Below the pieces are notes generated by a model. That model ran no database searches. It worked only from the letters and a program-made list of their open reading frames with translations, and had not been told where the DNA came from. DNA of 64,000 bases from Chloroflexota bacterium (GTDB lineage Bacteria > Chloroflexota > UBA11872 > VXOZ01), in assembly GCA_964291655.2 (NCBI GenBank), contig OZ219802.1:896001-960000 (forward strand), read 5' to 3'. Each line of letters opens with the position of its first letter. The stretch's first letter is position 1. Positions 1 to 9,205 of the stretch are shown here, piece by piece. A program made the translations under genes and the position numbers.

Positions 1-45
1 TGGCGAGTGCCGTTGCCTGTCCGTGTCCTGCAGGCCATCCGACAT
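1..45 (-). CDS. 5' end of a gene running off the left edge (MSDGLQDTDRQRHSP...); possibly a REP-associated tyrosine transposase (RAYT)
   Basis: ATG at 45 preceded by a strong GAGGAGG RBS on the minus strand. QRHSP resembles the (Q/P)RKSPRL N-terminus of RAYTs, and the gene abuts a REP array. Only 15 codons are visible. Confidence 0.35.
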   Translation of the reverse strand, partial: MSDGLQDTDRQRHSP

Positions 46-145
46 GGAGACGTCCTCCTCAAGCGCACATACTACCCACTAAACCGTTCGCCGCGCTACT
101 TCTCGTCCGGCCTCCTCACTGGCTGGTCTTGACGATCCAGCAGAC

Positions 146-523
146 TGGCATTCCCTGTCATGCGAGAAGGCATCCACTCCGCACCAGTGCACAACATCAC
201 GAGCGGGGGACAAGCCCCCGCGCTACACATTAGCGGTTACTTGGTACTCCCTGACTCACGAGAACTCATCCACTCCGCACCAGCGCACAACATCACGAGC
301 GGGGGACAAGCCCCCGCGCTACACATTAGCGGTCACTTGGCATTCCCTGACTCACGAGAACTCATCCACTCCGCACCAGAGCACAACATCACGAGCGGGG
401 GACAAGCCCCCGCGCTACACATTAGCGGTCACTTGGTACTCCCTGGACCCACGAGAACTCATCCACTCCGCACCAGAGCACAATGTCACGAGCGGGGGAC
501 AAGCCCCCGCGCTACACACTAGC
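146..523. repeat. Tandem array of 4 x ~96-bp units, each containing a GTAG-type REP (GTAGCGCGGGGGCTTGTCCCCCGC on minus strand); BIME-like
   Basis: Units start at 146, 242, 338 and 434 with near-identical sequence. The same REP occurs singly at 15449, 24890 and 44282. Confidence 0.92.
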
Positions 524-581
524 AGACAAACCGAGGAATCTAGAAGCTATCTCATGAATCGACTCGATTAGCCGAATTGTG

Positions 582-696
582 CTTCGACAAGGGCTTCGCG
601 CAGCAGGCTTCGCGTAGCCCTCAGCACGAACGGGATATACCTTTTACGTTCGCCCCCGTATCGAGTACGGGGCAGGCTCTGAGCCTGTCGAAGGGC
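582..696. repeat. REP-like inverted doublet (CTTCGACA..CTCAG.ACGAACGG / CGTTCG..CTGAGCCTGTCGAAGG family)
   Basis: Inverted pair. Relatives at ~20187-20227, ~49526-49565, ~61245-61293 and inside the CTAG-MITEs. Confidence 0.7.
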
Positions 697-732
697 AATT
701 CTACACGGAGCGATGTATCTATGGGATGAGTT

Positions 733-2046
733 CTAGCAACGCCGAAAGAGTGCCAGGCTTTCAATATGGTACGTTTGCGGAAAGAAATCAAAGAGTTCCA
801 GTCGTTCGACGCGGTATCCCTCTTCATGCAAGAGCGCTGTGTCACGCGCGAGCGTAGACGGCTCGCACGACAAGTAGACTATCCTGCTCGGGGCGCTGCC
901 GGCCACAGCATGGAGCACACGGGGGTCCATGCCGGTGCGCGGCGGATCAACAATGGCAACATCTACGTCCGGCAGATCGTCCGTTACCTTTTCGGCGGGC
1001 AAGCCCCTAAAGTCGATGTTCTGCAGCCCCCAATGCCGCGCAGTTTGCCGAGCCGCTTCAATGGCTTGCTTGTCCACTTCGATGCCAATTACGTGCCGGG
1101 CGTCTGCCGCCATGAAAAGACCGAATATCCCGACCCCGCAGTAAAGATCGAGCACGGTCTCACTTTGTTGGACTGCCGCCAAAGTCCGCATGCGGGAGAT
1201 GGCAAGAGGCAACATCTCTACACTCGCTTGAAAGAATGCGCCGGGCGGAAATTGAATCGTCTTTCCCATGATCTCAATACCCACCATGGCCGGTCCGGCA
1301 AATGGCTCTACTGTGCCGCTCGGAGTCCGGTAGGAGACGCTCATAGCCTCCGGGATTGTGGTGAGGGCGTCCAGCACAGCGCCGAGTTCCGGTTCCGCAT
1401 CCAGGTCAACATTGCGCACGCCTTCCAGGATCAGCGCTAACTTTGCGGCGCCACCTTGAGGAATGACGCGCGTCTCCACCCAATTCTTTCCCCATAGATC
1501 GGGAATCCTGCCGTCACGGATCATCTCGTTGAGCGTTGCCAGCAACTTGGAGATGAGCGGATGGCTGATTGCACAATGTTCGACCTCGACGACGCGCCGG
1601 CTGCCGCGCTGCCGAAACCCCGCTTCTCGCGAAAGGGCAATTTCGCAGCCGTAACGATACTCCCACGGATTCTGAGGCCTGTGCACAGCGTCTATGGCTA
1701 CCGGCTGCTTGCCAATCCGGGCGAAGTGCTCTTCCACCACCTTTTGCTTTAGTCCCACCTGCGCCGCGTAGTCGATGTGTTGCCACTGGCAGCCGCCACA
1801 GGAACCATAGTATGTGCAGATCGGTTCGACTCTATCCGGTGAAGGGTCAAGCACGTCTACCACGTGCGCCTGCAGATACTTCTTGCGCTTCCGTTCCAGT
1901 TGTACTTTCACACGCTCCCCGGGTATACCATAGAACGCAAAGACCACTTTGCCGTCGATGCGGCCCACCGCCGGGCCACGATGTGCCATACCGGTGAGCG
2001 TCACTTCCACCGGTTCGCGTTCCCGGATCTTACGACCGCGACTCAT
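733..2046 (-). CDS. rlmD: 23S rRNA (uracil-C5)-methyltransferase, TRAM domain (RlmD/RumA family)
   Basis: TRAM N-terminus, CxxYGSCGGCQWQH Fe-S motif, FFQ, DLYCGVG SAM motif, DPPRTG, YLSC and FFPQTYHIE motifs. Confidence 0.92.
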   Translation of the reverse strand: MSRGRKIREREPVEVTLTGMAHRGPAVGRIDGKVVFAFYGIPGERVKVQLERKRKKYLQAHVVDVLDPSPDRVEPICTYYGSCGGCQWQHIDYAAQVGLKQKVVEEHFARIGKQPVAIDAVHRPQNPWEYRYGCEIALSREAGFRQRGSRRVVEVEHCAISHPLISKLLATLNEMIRDGRIPDLWGKNWVETRVIPQGGAAKLALILEGVRNVDLDAEPELGAVLDALTTIPEAMSVSYRTPSGTVEPFAGPAMVGIEIMGKTIQFPPGAFFQASVEMLPLAISRMRTLAAVQQSETVLDLYCGVGIFGLFMAADARHVIGIEVDKQAIEAARQTARHWGLQNIDFRGLPAEKVTDDLPDVDVAIVDPPRTGMDPRVLHAVAGSAPSRIVYLSCEPSTLARDTALLHEEGYRVERLELFDFFPQTYHIESLALFRRC

Positions 2047-2437
2047 TGATTCCCATCTCTTTTGCACCCTCCCTAACGGCTACATGCGATCCGTGGGTTG
2101 ACGTATAATAGTCGGTCTAGTAGCGAGCGCCGCCATTCACCCGGTTTCACTACGAAGTCGCTACGTACCAGGCCCATCATCGGAACTTCCCTACAGAACT
2201 AAAACAATTAAACCAGAATTGCCGCAATGAGTATGTTGAGGCGTCAGCCGTCAGCAACGCCACATCTGAGGCATAGCGGGACTCCTTGGCGCAATGGGAG
2301 GAATCGTGACCGCGCCCTCAATGCCATCACATCGACCTTCCTCAGGCATCGCCCCTCCCCCAGGTCTCTCACGCCGTGTGGCGCGGCATGGAGAGCGCTA
2401 TACTGTACCCCAAAACCTTTAGGCTCGGAGGTGCGGG

Positions 2438-2803
2438 ATGGCATGGAAGCAGAGCGAAACGGCGGACGTGATAGACACGCCCGCTATCCACGAAGGGGAC
2501 GGTGTGATCACGCGCCGGAGATTCTTCCGGGACACCACGCGGCTGCCCGTCCGCGTCGAGATATGGGAACTGCCGCCGGGCGCGAGTGAGGGATCCCATA
2601 GCCACGACGGCGACGACGCGCTGGAGGAGTTTTACTACTTCATCGAGGGTCAGGGCATCATGTGGATGAATGGACAAGAACTGACGGTCCGAACGGGAGA
2701 CGCCGTCATGGCTCCTCCCGGGGTTGACCACGGCTTCCGCAACACCGGCGACGTAACGCTGAAGCTGCTCCTGATCTGGGGCGCACCGGCGGGAGAGTTG
2801 TAA
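2438..2803 (+). CDS. Cupin domain protein
   Basis: GSHSH...EEFYYFIEGQG and GVDHGFRNTG cupin motifs; GGAGG RBS. Confidence 0.88.
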   Translation: MAWKQSETADVIDTPAIHEGDGVITRRRFFRDTTRLPVRVEIWELPPGASEGSHSHDGDDALEEFYYFIEGQGIMWMNGQELTVRTGDAVMAPPGVDHGFRNTGDVTLKLLLIWGAPAGEL

Positions 2804-2823
2804 TACGCTGTAGCGCACCTTCG

Positions 2824-2863
2824 CGGTAAGCGTAACTTCCACCGGCTCCTGTTCTTGTACCAT
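2824..2863 (-). pseudogene. Vestigial copy of the rlmD 5' end (MVQEQEPVEVTLT)
   Basis: DNA and peptide similarity to rlmD 1992-2029 (IREREPVEVTLT). The ATG lies 12 nt after the stop of the upstream gene. Confidence 0.5.
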
Positions 2864-2874
2864 GAGTCCACGTC

Positions 2875-4101
2875 TCAAAGTGCTTCAGCCTCAATCCGCA
2901 GCAGCGCTTCAACCGTCCAACCAAGCAACCAGGCCAAGTTCTCAGGCGGGTGGGGCGTCGTTCTGCCGGTTATTTTGCGATATCCGCCTTGGTCGATGAA
3001 CTCTTCCGTCGCGTTCGCGAGCAACCACTCCTTGGCAACAGCTAACCTTGGGGCCAGACGCTCTTCTAAGTCTACGTCCACCCAGCCAACCGCGCGAATG
3101 TGATCGTAGGCCATTATTGCCGCCGCAGTCATGCCCAACCAATGGTCGTCCTGCATATGCATGCCGACGGCGCCATCGGGAAACTGACAGGAGAATTGCC
3201 ACTCCACCGAGCGGGTGCAGCGGTCGCGCATCACGGCCTCGCGCGGATGGTCTACCGGCAGACACATGTGCAATCGCGAGAGGAACTCCACGGCGCCCCG
3301 CGCCGAGAAACCCCAGCCGGTCTCATCCATGCGCACGCTGGGAAAGTGCTCAGCGGCAATCTCCGTCGGCCACGGCCCTATGCACCAGGTACCCAACGAG
3401 TCGAGAAATGCACCGTCCGGTGACCCCGGCAGATGAGATCGCAAGTAGTAGTCCGCCAAGCGCACCGCCGCAGCCAGCACGTCATCCCGCTTAGTCTGCT
3501 CGTAGTAGTGCACCAGCCCCATGCCGACCCACCGCAGGTCGTCAGTAAAAGCGCCGTCGGTGATGGCGGGGTCCTGGCAATTAGATGGCGGGTATCCGAT
3601 GTTGTACGCGTGGCCCCGGTCAGTCCGGTGCTGCTGCAAGTAGTCGAAGAGCGAGTCGGCGCGGGCGTCAAAACAGACCTCATCGGGATTGTGCAGACGA
3701 AACTCACCGTAGCACCACAGACCGACACCCTGCATCCAAGAGCGGCTGAAGAGGTTATTCACAGTGCGCGGATCGCCGACGCTCGTGGGATCCCGCTCCA
3801 TCCTCTGACTCAACCGCAGATTGCGCTGCCGGTCGGCCACCGGGGGTACCGGATCGCGCATGAAACTGAAAGAAAAGACCGCGTAGCGGTCCGCCGCTTC
3901 TTTGTAGCGGGCTTCGTTGGTGCGCTCATAGAGACGATAGAGCGCTTGTGCCAAGTACGGCGGCGAGTGGGCATGCGTGGGACCGAAGCTGCCACCGGTC
4001 GTGACGAACGGGCACTTTTCCGGGTCAGGCCGCCCAATGGCGCCTTGCCACGCAACGAAGCGGTCGCCGATCGAGCGCGCGACTGTGAGAGGATCACGCA
4101 T
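2875..4101 (-). CDS. Hypothetical protein, probable (alpha/alpha)6 toroid (glycoside hydrolase/prenyltransferase-like)
   Basis: 408-aa ORF with RBS; helical repeats such as ALYRLYERTNEARYKEAA, YYEQTKRDDVLAAA and QFPDGA. Confidence 0.7.
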   Translation of the reverse strand: MRDPLTVARSIGDRFVAWQGAIGRPDPEKCPFVTTGGSFGPTHAHSPPYLAQALYRLYERTNEARYKEAADRYAVFSFSFMRDPVPPVADRQRNLRLSQRMERDPTSVGDPRTVNNLFSRSWMQGVGLWCYGEFRLHNPDEVCFDARADSLFDYLQQHRTDRGHAYNIGYPPSNCQDPAITDGAFTDDLRWVGMGLVHYYEQTKRDDVLAAAVRLADYYLRSHLPGSPDGAFLDSLGTWCIGPWPTEIAAEHFPSVRMDETGWGFSARGAVEFLSRLHMCLPVDHPREAVMRDRCTRSVEWQFSCQFPDGAVGMHMQDDHWLGMTAAAIMAYDHIRAVGWVDVDLEERLAPRLAVAKEWLLANATEEFIDQGGYRKITGRTTPHPPENLAWLLGWTVEALLRIEAEAL

Positions 4102-4170
4102 TATCGCCTCACCATTCTCCTATGCATCTTGCCCCAGAGTGTATCCATGGCTCTGCTTCTTGTTCCCTCC

Positions 4171-4195
4171 GGTAGCGCAGGTTTGCAACCTGCGA
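4171..4195. repeat. GTAG-type REP family B (GGTAGCGCAGGTTTGCAACCTGCG)
   Basis: Palindrome recurring near 11083, 15523, 24990, 25231, 26308 and 61042. Confidence 0.8.
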
Positions 4196-4509
4196 CTCTT
4201 CCCCTTGGCCCTGCCACAACCGCACCTGCCGAATGCCACTCACACCTGCAAGCCGTTCCATGCGGTCCGAACCTCGGTGGAAGCTTGAGTCTGCCGCCAC
4301 TCCCACCGCACGACTCGATTGCTCTCATGTCCTCCCATATTGTAACGTAGGCGCGTCAATCAAAGATGGCTACTCGAATCTGATACTGCCCAAACCGGAA
4401 ACATCCGTCATCCGTGTCAACGAGGCATCGCAGCGGATGTATGCCGGATAACTATTGAAAGTCGGTATAATGAAGCTAATCTCAACACAGTCTTCGAGGT
4501 AAAGAACCT

Positions 4510-5697
4510 ATGAAAATTGTTGACGTTCGCAGCTACGTGCTGAAGAGTCCACTTGGCGATCAAGGCTTCTACGCCTCACAAGAGTCCTTTTCCGAACGCA
4601 GTAGTTGCCTCGTGCGCATCGAGACGGACTCTGGTCTTATCGGTTGGGGAGAAGCAGGCCTCTGGGGCGCGCCGGAACCGGTAGCTGCCATGATCGACCA
4701 CGTCCTTACACCCCGCATTATGGGCATGAATCCATTGCACATGGACGTCATCTGGGAAAAACTGTACGCGCACATTCGCGATTGGGGACGACAGGGTACC
4801 GCCGTAGAAGCAATCAGTGGCGTGGACATCGCATGCTGGGATATTGCGGGGCAAGCGCTGGAGCAGCCAATTCATGCCCTGCTTGGCGGCGCGTATCGCG
4901 ACCGGGTGAAGGCATATGCGACCGGTGGCTACTACAAGGGTGGCCCGGAAAATTGGGCCGATACCGGAGCTTTGGCGGCGGAGGTCGAGCGGCACGTCGC
5001 CACGGGCTTTCGCGCACTCAAGATCAAAGTCGGCTTGCTCTCGGTGGCCGAAGACCTTGCCCGCGTAAAGGCTGCACGGCGTGCGCTCGATGCCTGTGCC
5101 CCCACCGGTGAACGCTTTCCCTACATGGTGGACGCCAACCATGCCTATCCGCCGCACATCGCCATCAAGGTCGGCCGTGGTTTAGAGGAAGAAGATACCC
5201 TGTGGTTTGAAGAACCGGTTATTCCCGAAGACCGCAGGGGGTACCGCAAGGTCGCCGAGACCCTCGACCTTGCCATCGCGGGTGGAGAGTGTGAGCACAC
5301 GCGATTCAGCTTCCGCGACCTCATCCTTGATGGCTGTATAGACATCGCGCAACCCGACATCTGCGGGACGGGCGGCATATCGGAAGCCGTCAAGATTGCT
5401 ACCCTCGCCCGCACATTCGGCGTTCAAGTGTTTCCACACGTCTGGGGGTCCGGTATTGCCTTGGCCGCCGCGTTGCATTTCATCGCGTCTCTGCCTCCCA
5501 GCCCCCACTCGGCCAACCCGTTGCCTGCCCTCAATGAACCCATGCTGGAATTCGACCGCAATCCGAATCCCTTGCGCGATACGCTGCTGCGTGAACCGTT
5601 CACCCTTGAGGATGACGGGGCGGTGCTAATTCCACAACGGCCGGGTCTGGGAATCGAGGTTGACGAGGCAGTGGTTACTCAATACGGACCGCAATAA
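4510..5697 (+). CDS. Mandelate racemase/muconate lactonizing enzyme family protein (enolase superfamily)
   Basis: GWGE, AISGVDIACWD, KIKVG, DAN, WFEEP, GE, QPD and PHVW motifs. Confidence 0.92.
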   Translation: MKIVDVRSYVLKSPLGDQGFYASQESFSERSSCLVRIETDSGLIGWGEAGLWGAPEPVAAMIDHVLTPRIMGMNPLHMDVIWEKLYAHIRDWGRQGTAVEAISGVDIACWDIAGQALEQPIHALLGGAYRDRVKAYATGGYYKGGPENWADTGALAAEVERHVATGFRALKIKVGLLSVAEDLARVKAARRALDACAPTGERFPYMVDANHAYPPHIAIKVGRGLEEEDTLWFEEPVIPEDRRGYRKVAETLDLAIAGGECEHTRFSFRDLILDGCIDIAQPDICGTGGISEAVKIATLARTFGVQVFPHVWGSGIALAAALHFIASLPPSPHSANPLPALNEPMLEFDRNPNPLRDTLLREPFTLEDDGAVLIPQRPGLGIEVDEAVVTQYGPQ

Positions 5698-5998
5698 AAT
5701 ACTCGCGCAGGCTTGTTCAAAACTCGAGCATCTTCAATAGTTGCAGGGGTCTGGCAAAAGCGTTGGCACTTGCGGATGTCTCTTTCCTGCTGAGAACTGA
5801 ATGACACTCAGGATTTGCGGCAAGAGTGCCTCCTTTGTCCGTGGAGACCAATGTGCAATCCGAGCAGCAGGCGATAGGACTCCCTCTCCCTGGGGACACA
5901 TTTGCACAACCCAATCGACGGGCGGGAATTCCCCCTTCTCCCTGAGGAGGCTACTGCACAACCCAGGCGGAACGCGCGGCTCACTCCCTCTCCCTGGG

Positions 5999-6529
5999 GA
6001 GACCTTTGCAAAACCCATGTGGAAGGGAGATTGTCCCCTCTCCCTTGACGGGAGAGGGTTAGGGTGAGGGTGAAACTGCTCTGAGCACGAGCAACTTCTT
6101 GACCGGATTGGCTCTAATATGATTGACTGTGCAAGTTTTACGCTTTGCAAAGCAGATAAGACCCCTCACCCCGGCCCTCTCCCTGTACAGACCGGGGACA
6201 TAGGTAACAGTTGTTCGGGGACATGGGTTACACATTTTACTGATTGACACCTACGAGAGCATTGGGTTGGTCCGGGTTTGATAAGAGACTGGCGACACAG
6301 AGCGCTCACTATTCAGCCTGTCAGCTAGTGCCAGAGAAACAAACAGTGTGCATAAGGATATTGAGTGGATCTAACTTTCAAGGCAAGGACATCGCATACT
6401 ACGAAAATCCCCTCGTTCTATGGTGTTACCTATGAGCCCGAACATGTGTAACCCATGTACCCGGTCTATACACTCCCCAAGGAGAGGGGGTAATTCTTGC
6501 GCCTCCGGCCGGAGTTATGCAAAGGTCTC
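5999..6529. mobile_element. GAGACC-TIR MITE (REP doublet cargo) with a nested IS481-type MITE
   Basis: TIRs GAGACCTTTGCA...TGCAAAGGTCTC and TSD CTGGG on both sides. It interrupts a CCCTCTCCC/GGGAGAGGG hairpin. Confidence 0.85.
6184..6472. mobile_element. Non-autonomous IS481 derivative (MITE, 289 bp)
   Basis: TGT...ACA ends near-identical to the IS481 at 13903-15167; TSD CTCCC; no transposase. Confidence 0.88.
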
Positions 6530-6633
6530 CTGGGGGAGAGGGCCGGGGTGAGGGGAAACCGTAGGCGCTCCGGGCCAATTTCTCCCGCACTCCAGAGTTT
6601 TCCAATGCCTTCCTGACCGAGAGCCGTGCTTCC

Positions 6634-7767
6634 TCAGTCAAAGCGATTGAGGCCAAACATCCCAATATCGTGCCGCGACTCGCCGTCAAGCGCCATCTCA
6701 GCGACTATCTCCCCCACCACGCTGCAGAACTTGAAGCCGTGGCCGGAGAAACCCGCCGCAATCACAACGTTGGCATGTTCCGGATGATGGTCCATGATAA
6801 AATGTCCATCCGGCGTATTGGTGAACATGCACGTCTTCAATGCCAGCGTCGCTCCCATGCCGCCGGTAAGGTAATTCTGTGTACAAGCACGCAGTGCTTC
6901 CTCATCTTCAGGGTGGCATTCGCGGTCTACGTCGTCCGGTGCGGTCTGCTGCAAAAGGTGGTGGTACTTCCCAATCTTGAATCCTGGAATTCCGTGAATT
7001 GGGAAGCCGTAGTAATGTCCTTCCGGGACAAGACAGTTGAAAACCGGGAAGCGTTCCCGGTTGAATAGCTCCGGTTGCGCCGGTTGGAACCACCCCATGA
7101 CCTGGCGTTCAGGCACGGCGTTCTGGCGCAGCCGCGCAAGCAGGGACTGGCTCCAGGCGCCGGCAGTAAAGATTAGTCGCTTGGCAGTGTAGGTGGTGCG
7201 AGTGGTGCGGACCGTCACGCTTCCTTGATCTGCCTTCCAATCGACTACGGCTTCACGCGCCCGCACTTCCCCGCCCAACGCTTGTGCCTGCAGCACGTGA
7301 TGAACGATGCAGCGCTCCGGTAGCAGAAACCCGCCATCCGGCTGCCACACGGCCATCATCTCCGGCGGAAGGTTGAAGCCCGGGAAGCGTCGCGTCAATT
7401 CCGCACTTGTCAGCACCTCGTGTGCCAGTTCGTGTTCCTCGCAGGATTTCATCGAACCCTCGACAACGAACGAGTCAGGCGCACCGGCATCGATAGAGCC
7501 CGTGATATACAATAGCTGCTCGTCGCCGGCCTGCTCGAGTTCGCGCCAGAGCGCATACGCCCGCGCCAGCAGCGGCACGTATGAAGGGTGCTCGAAATAC
7601 GTGAGCCGGATGACGCGCGTAACGCCGTGCGACGACCCCATATCGTGGGGAATATCGAATTGCTCCAGTCCGAGGACTCGCTCGCCGCGCCGCGCTAAGT
7701 GGTAGACGGCAGCACTCCCCATGCCCCCTACGCCTACGACAATTGTGTCAAAGTGCTCTGCCTTCAT
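6634..7767 (-). CDS. solA: N-methyl-L-tryptophan oxidase / monomeric sarcosine oxidase
   Basis: GxGxxG FAD motif, GSSHGVTRVIR, CMFTNTPDGHF (flavinylation Cys) and GFSGHGFKF. Confidence 0.9.
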   Translation of the reverse strand: MKAEHFDTIVVGVGGMGSAAVYHLARRGERVLGLEQFDIPHDMGSSHGVTRVIRLTYFEHPSYVPLLARAYALWRELEQAGDEQLLYITGSIDAGAPDSFVVEGSMKSCEEHELAHEVLTSAELTRRFPGFNLPPEMMAVWQPDGGFLLPERCIVHHVLQAQALGGEVRAREAVVDWKADQGSVTVRTTRTTYTAKRLIFTAGAWSQSLLARLRQNAVPERQVMGWFQPAQPELFNRERFPVFNCLVPEGHYYGFPIHGIPGFKIGKYHHLLQQTAPDDVDRECHPEDEEALRACTQNYLTGGMGATLALKTCMFTNTPDGHFIMDHHPEHANVVIAAGFSGHGFKFCSVVGEIVAEMALDGESRHDIGMFGLNRFD

Positions 7768-7946
7768 TCTCTCTCATCCTTGCCCAATTTCGTCGATACA
7801 AGAGCAATCACCGTTCGTAGCGCTTCTCTCTCAGTGTACTCATGGAGCCGTACACGAGGTTACGTCTCGCACACTCCCTCGACACGACCAGCTCACCGGC
7901 ATCGTGCATGGGTGCAATTCCGGCGCTGGCAGCAGCAGTCTTTTCT

Positions 7947-8837
7947 CTAGAGTATTGGCTCAGGTCGAATTGAATCCAGCGGTATCTCCATCAAGTCCTC
8001 ACCGAGAATTGTCGTGCCGCCAAAGACCTCTGCCGCCTCGGCTAGCATGCGTTCCCTGATACCGGGCCGCGTAATCTGTTCGGTCAGGTGAATCAACACC
8101 AGCTTCTCAACACCTGCTTGAGCTGCCGTGCGCGCGGCGTCAAGATGTCCTGAGCACGACGAAGTTATGCGGGGATCCGTTTCAACGCCATTCAGAAAGT
8201 GGCACATGTGCAGGAGCACGTTGGCGCCGCGTGCCAGATCCACGAGTCGCGCGTTGGGGGCAGTGTCACCCGATACCACGATGCTTCCTTCAGGGCTATT
8301 GAATCGATACGCCACCGAATTGAGGTACGGCTGGCAATGGACCATGTCTGCAACCTGCACCTGCCAGTCGTTTCCATCGATTTGCGCCCCGGCATCCACC
8401 TCCCGCACCTGCGGCGCGGGGCGCTGGCGTGGGAGTTCGCCGCCCCGGTGTTCGTAGATCAAGTGACTGCCCGGATGGAGCGTGCGGCCTGCGAGATCCG
8501 CCTGAAAAGCGCCCTCTTCGCTAAAGAGCAGGTGTGTCATGTGCCGGAGACCTTCGGGACCAAAGACCTTCAGATCGGGTATTTGCCCAGCGCCTTGATC
8601 CCAGCGTGTGAGAACCAGGTAGCCGTAATCCATGCAGTGGTCATAGTGCAGATGGGTTAAGAAGACATGGGTAATTTTCGCAGGCGCTGCTCCCGTCGCT
8701 AGGAGACGCTGTACGGCCGCGGGCCCACAGTCGAATAGAAGCGAATCGCCTTCTCGTTCCACCAGGAAGCTGCAACCTGCGCGTTCCAGGGAAGGGGTTG
8801 GCGTACCGGTGCCAAGCAGGGTAAGTCGAAGCGACAT
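7947..8837 (-). CDS. MBL-fold metallo-hydrolase (RNase Z/arylsulfatase-like)
   Basis: LLGTGTP, THLHYDH, SGDT and C-terminal H motifs. Confidence 0.88.
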   Translation of the reverse strand: MSLRLTLLGTGTPTPSLERAGCSFLVEREGDSLLFDCGPAAVQRLLATGAAPAKITHVFLTHLHYDHCMDYGYLVLTRWDQGAGQIPDLKVFGPEGLRHMTHLLFSEEGAFQADLAGRTLHPGSHLIYEHRGGELPRQRPAPQVREVDAGAQIDGNDWQVQVADMVHCQPYLNSVAYRFNSPEGSIVVSGDTAPNARLVDLARGANVLLHMCHFLNGVETDPRITSSCSGHLDAARTAAQAGVEKLVLIHLTEQITRPGIRERMLAEAAEVFGGTTILGEDLMEIPLDSIRPEPIL

Positions 8838-9106
8838 GTCGGCTCTGCCTCTCTGCGCCGGAAACGGTGTTCGGATTGACACTCCGCTCATTGGCGCTGG
8901 CTACGTGCGTCCTGCTGAATGATACCCCGATTCGGCCCGGTGCTGCCCAAAGGCATGCGTCATCCCAAGAATCCACAATACAACTGCCTGCGCCAGCGCG
9001 GCATTAAATTACACGAATTAAACGTTCAGCTACAAATGACGGTAATGGAAATGCAGCGAGAAGCTTCGCAACTACGCGAAGATAGTCTGAAAATACATGC
9101 ACCGAC

Positions 9107-9136
9107 TTGACTTCAAGAACAGCAGCAGGCTATACT
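9107..9136 (+). promoter_or_regulatory. Putative sigma70-type promoter of groEL
   Basis: TTGACT-N18-TATACT about 70 nt upstream of the ATG. Confidence 0.45.
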
Positions 9137-9205
9137 TAATCGAACACCGTAGCAAAGTGCGCGGTGTATTTGGTGTAAATCACGCAGAAGGAGAATTCTA
9201 CGCCA

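Noticed and set aside
146-523. CRISPR array, or a 120-aa repeat protein (ORF 160-522)
   Set aside because: The inter-palindrome segments are near-identical rather than unique spacers, and no cas genes are present. The ORF arises because 96 is divisible by 3, and it frameshifts in the 4th unit.
5717-6689. Short ORFs reading PHPNPLP/SPGGEG/GRGLG here and at ~15161, ~18168, ~48649 and ~61281
   Set aside because: These are translations of REP/MITE palindromes, not genes.
9000-9205. CIRCE/HAIR heat-shock operators at groEL (and at hsp20)
   Set aside because: Neither TTAGCACTC-N9-GAGTGCTAA nor CTTGAGT-N7-ACTCAAG is present.
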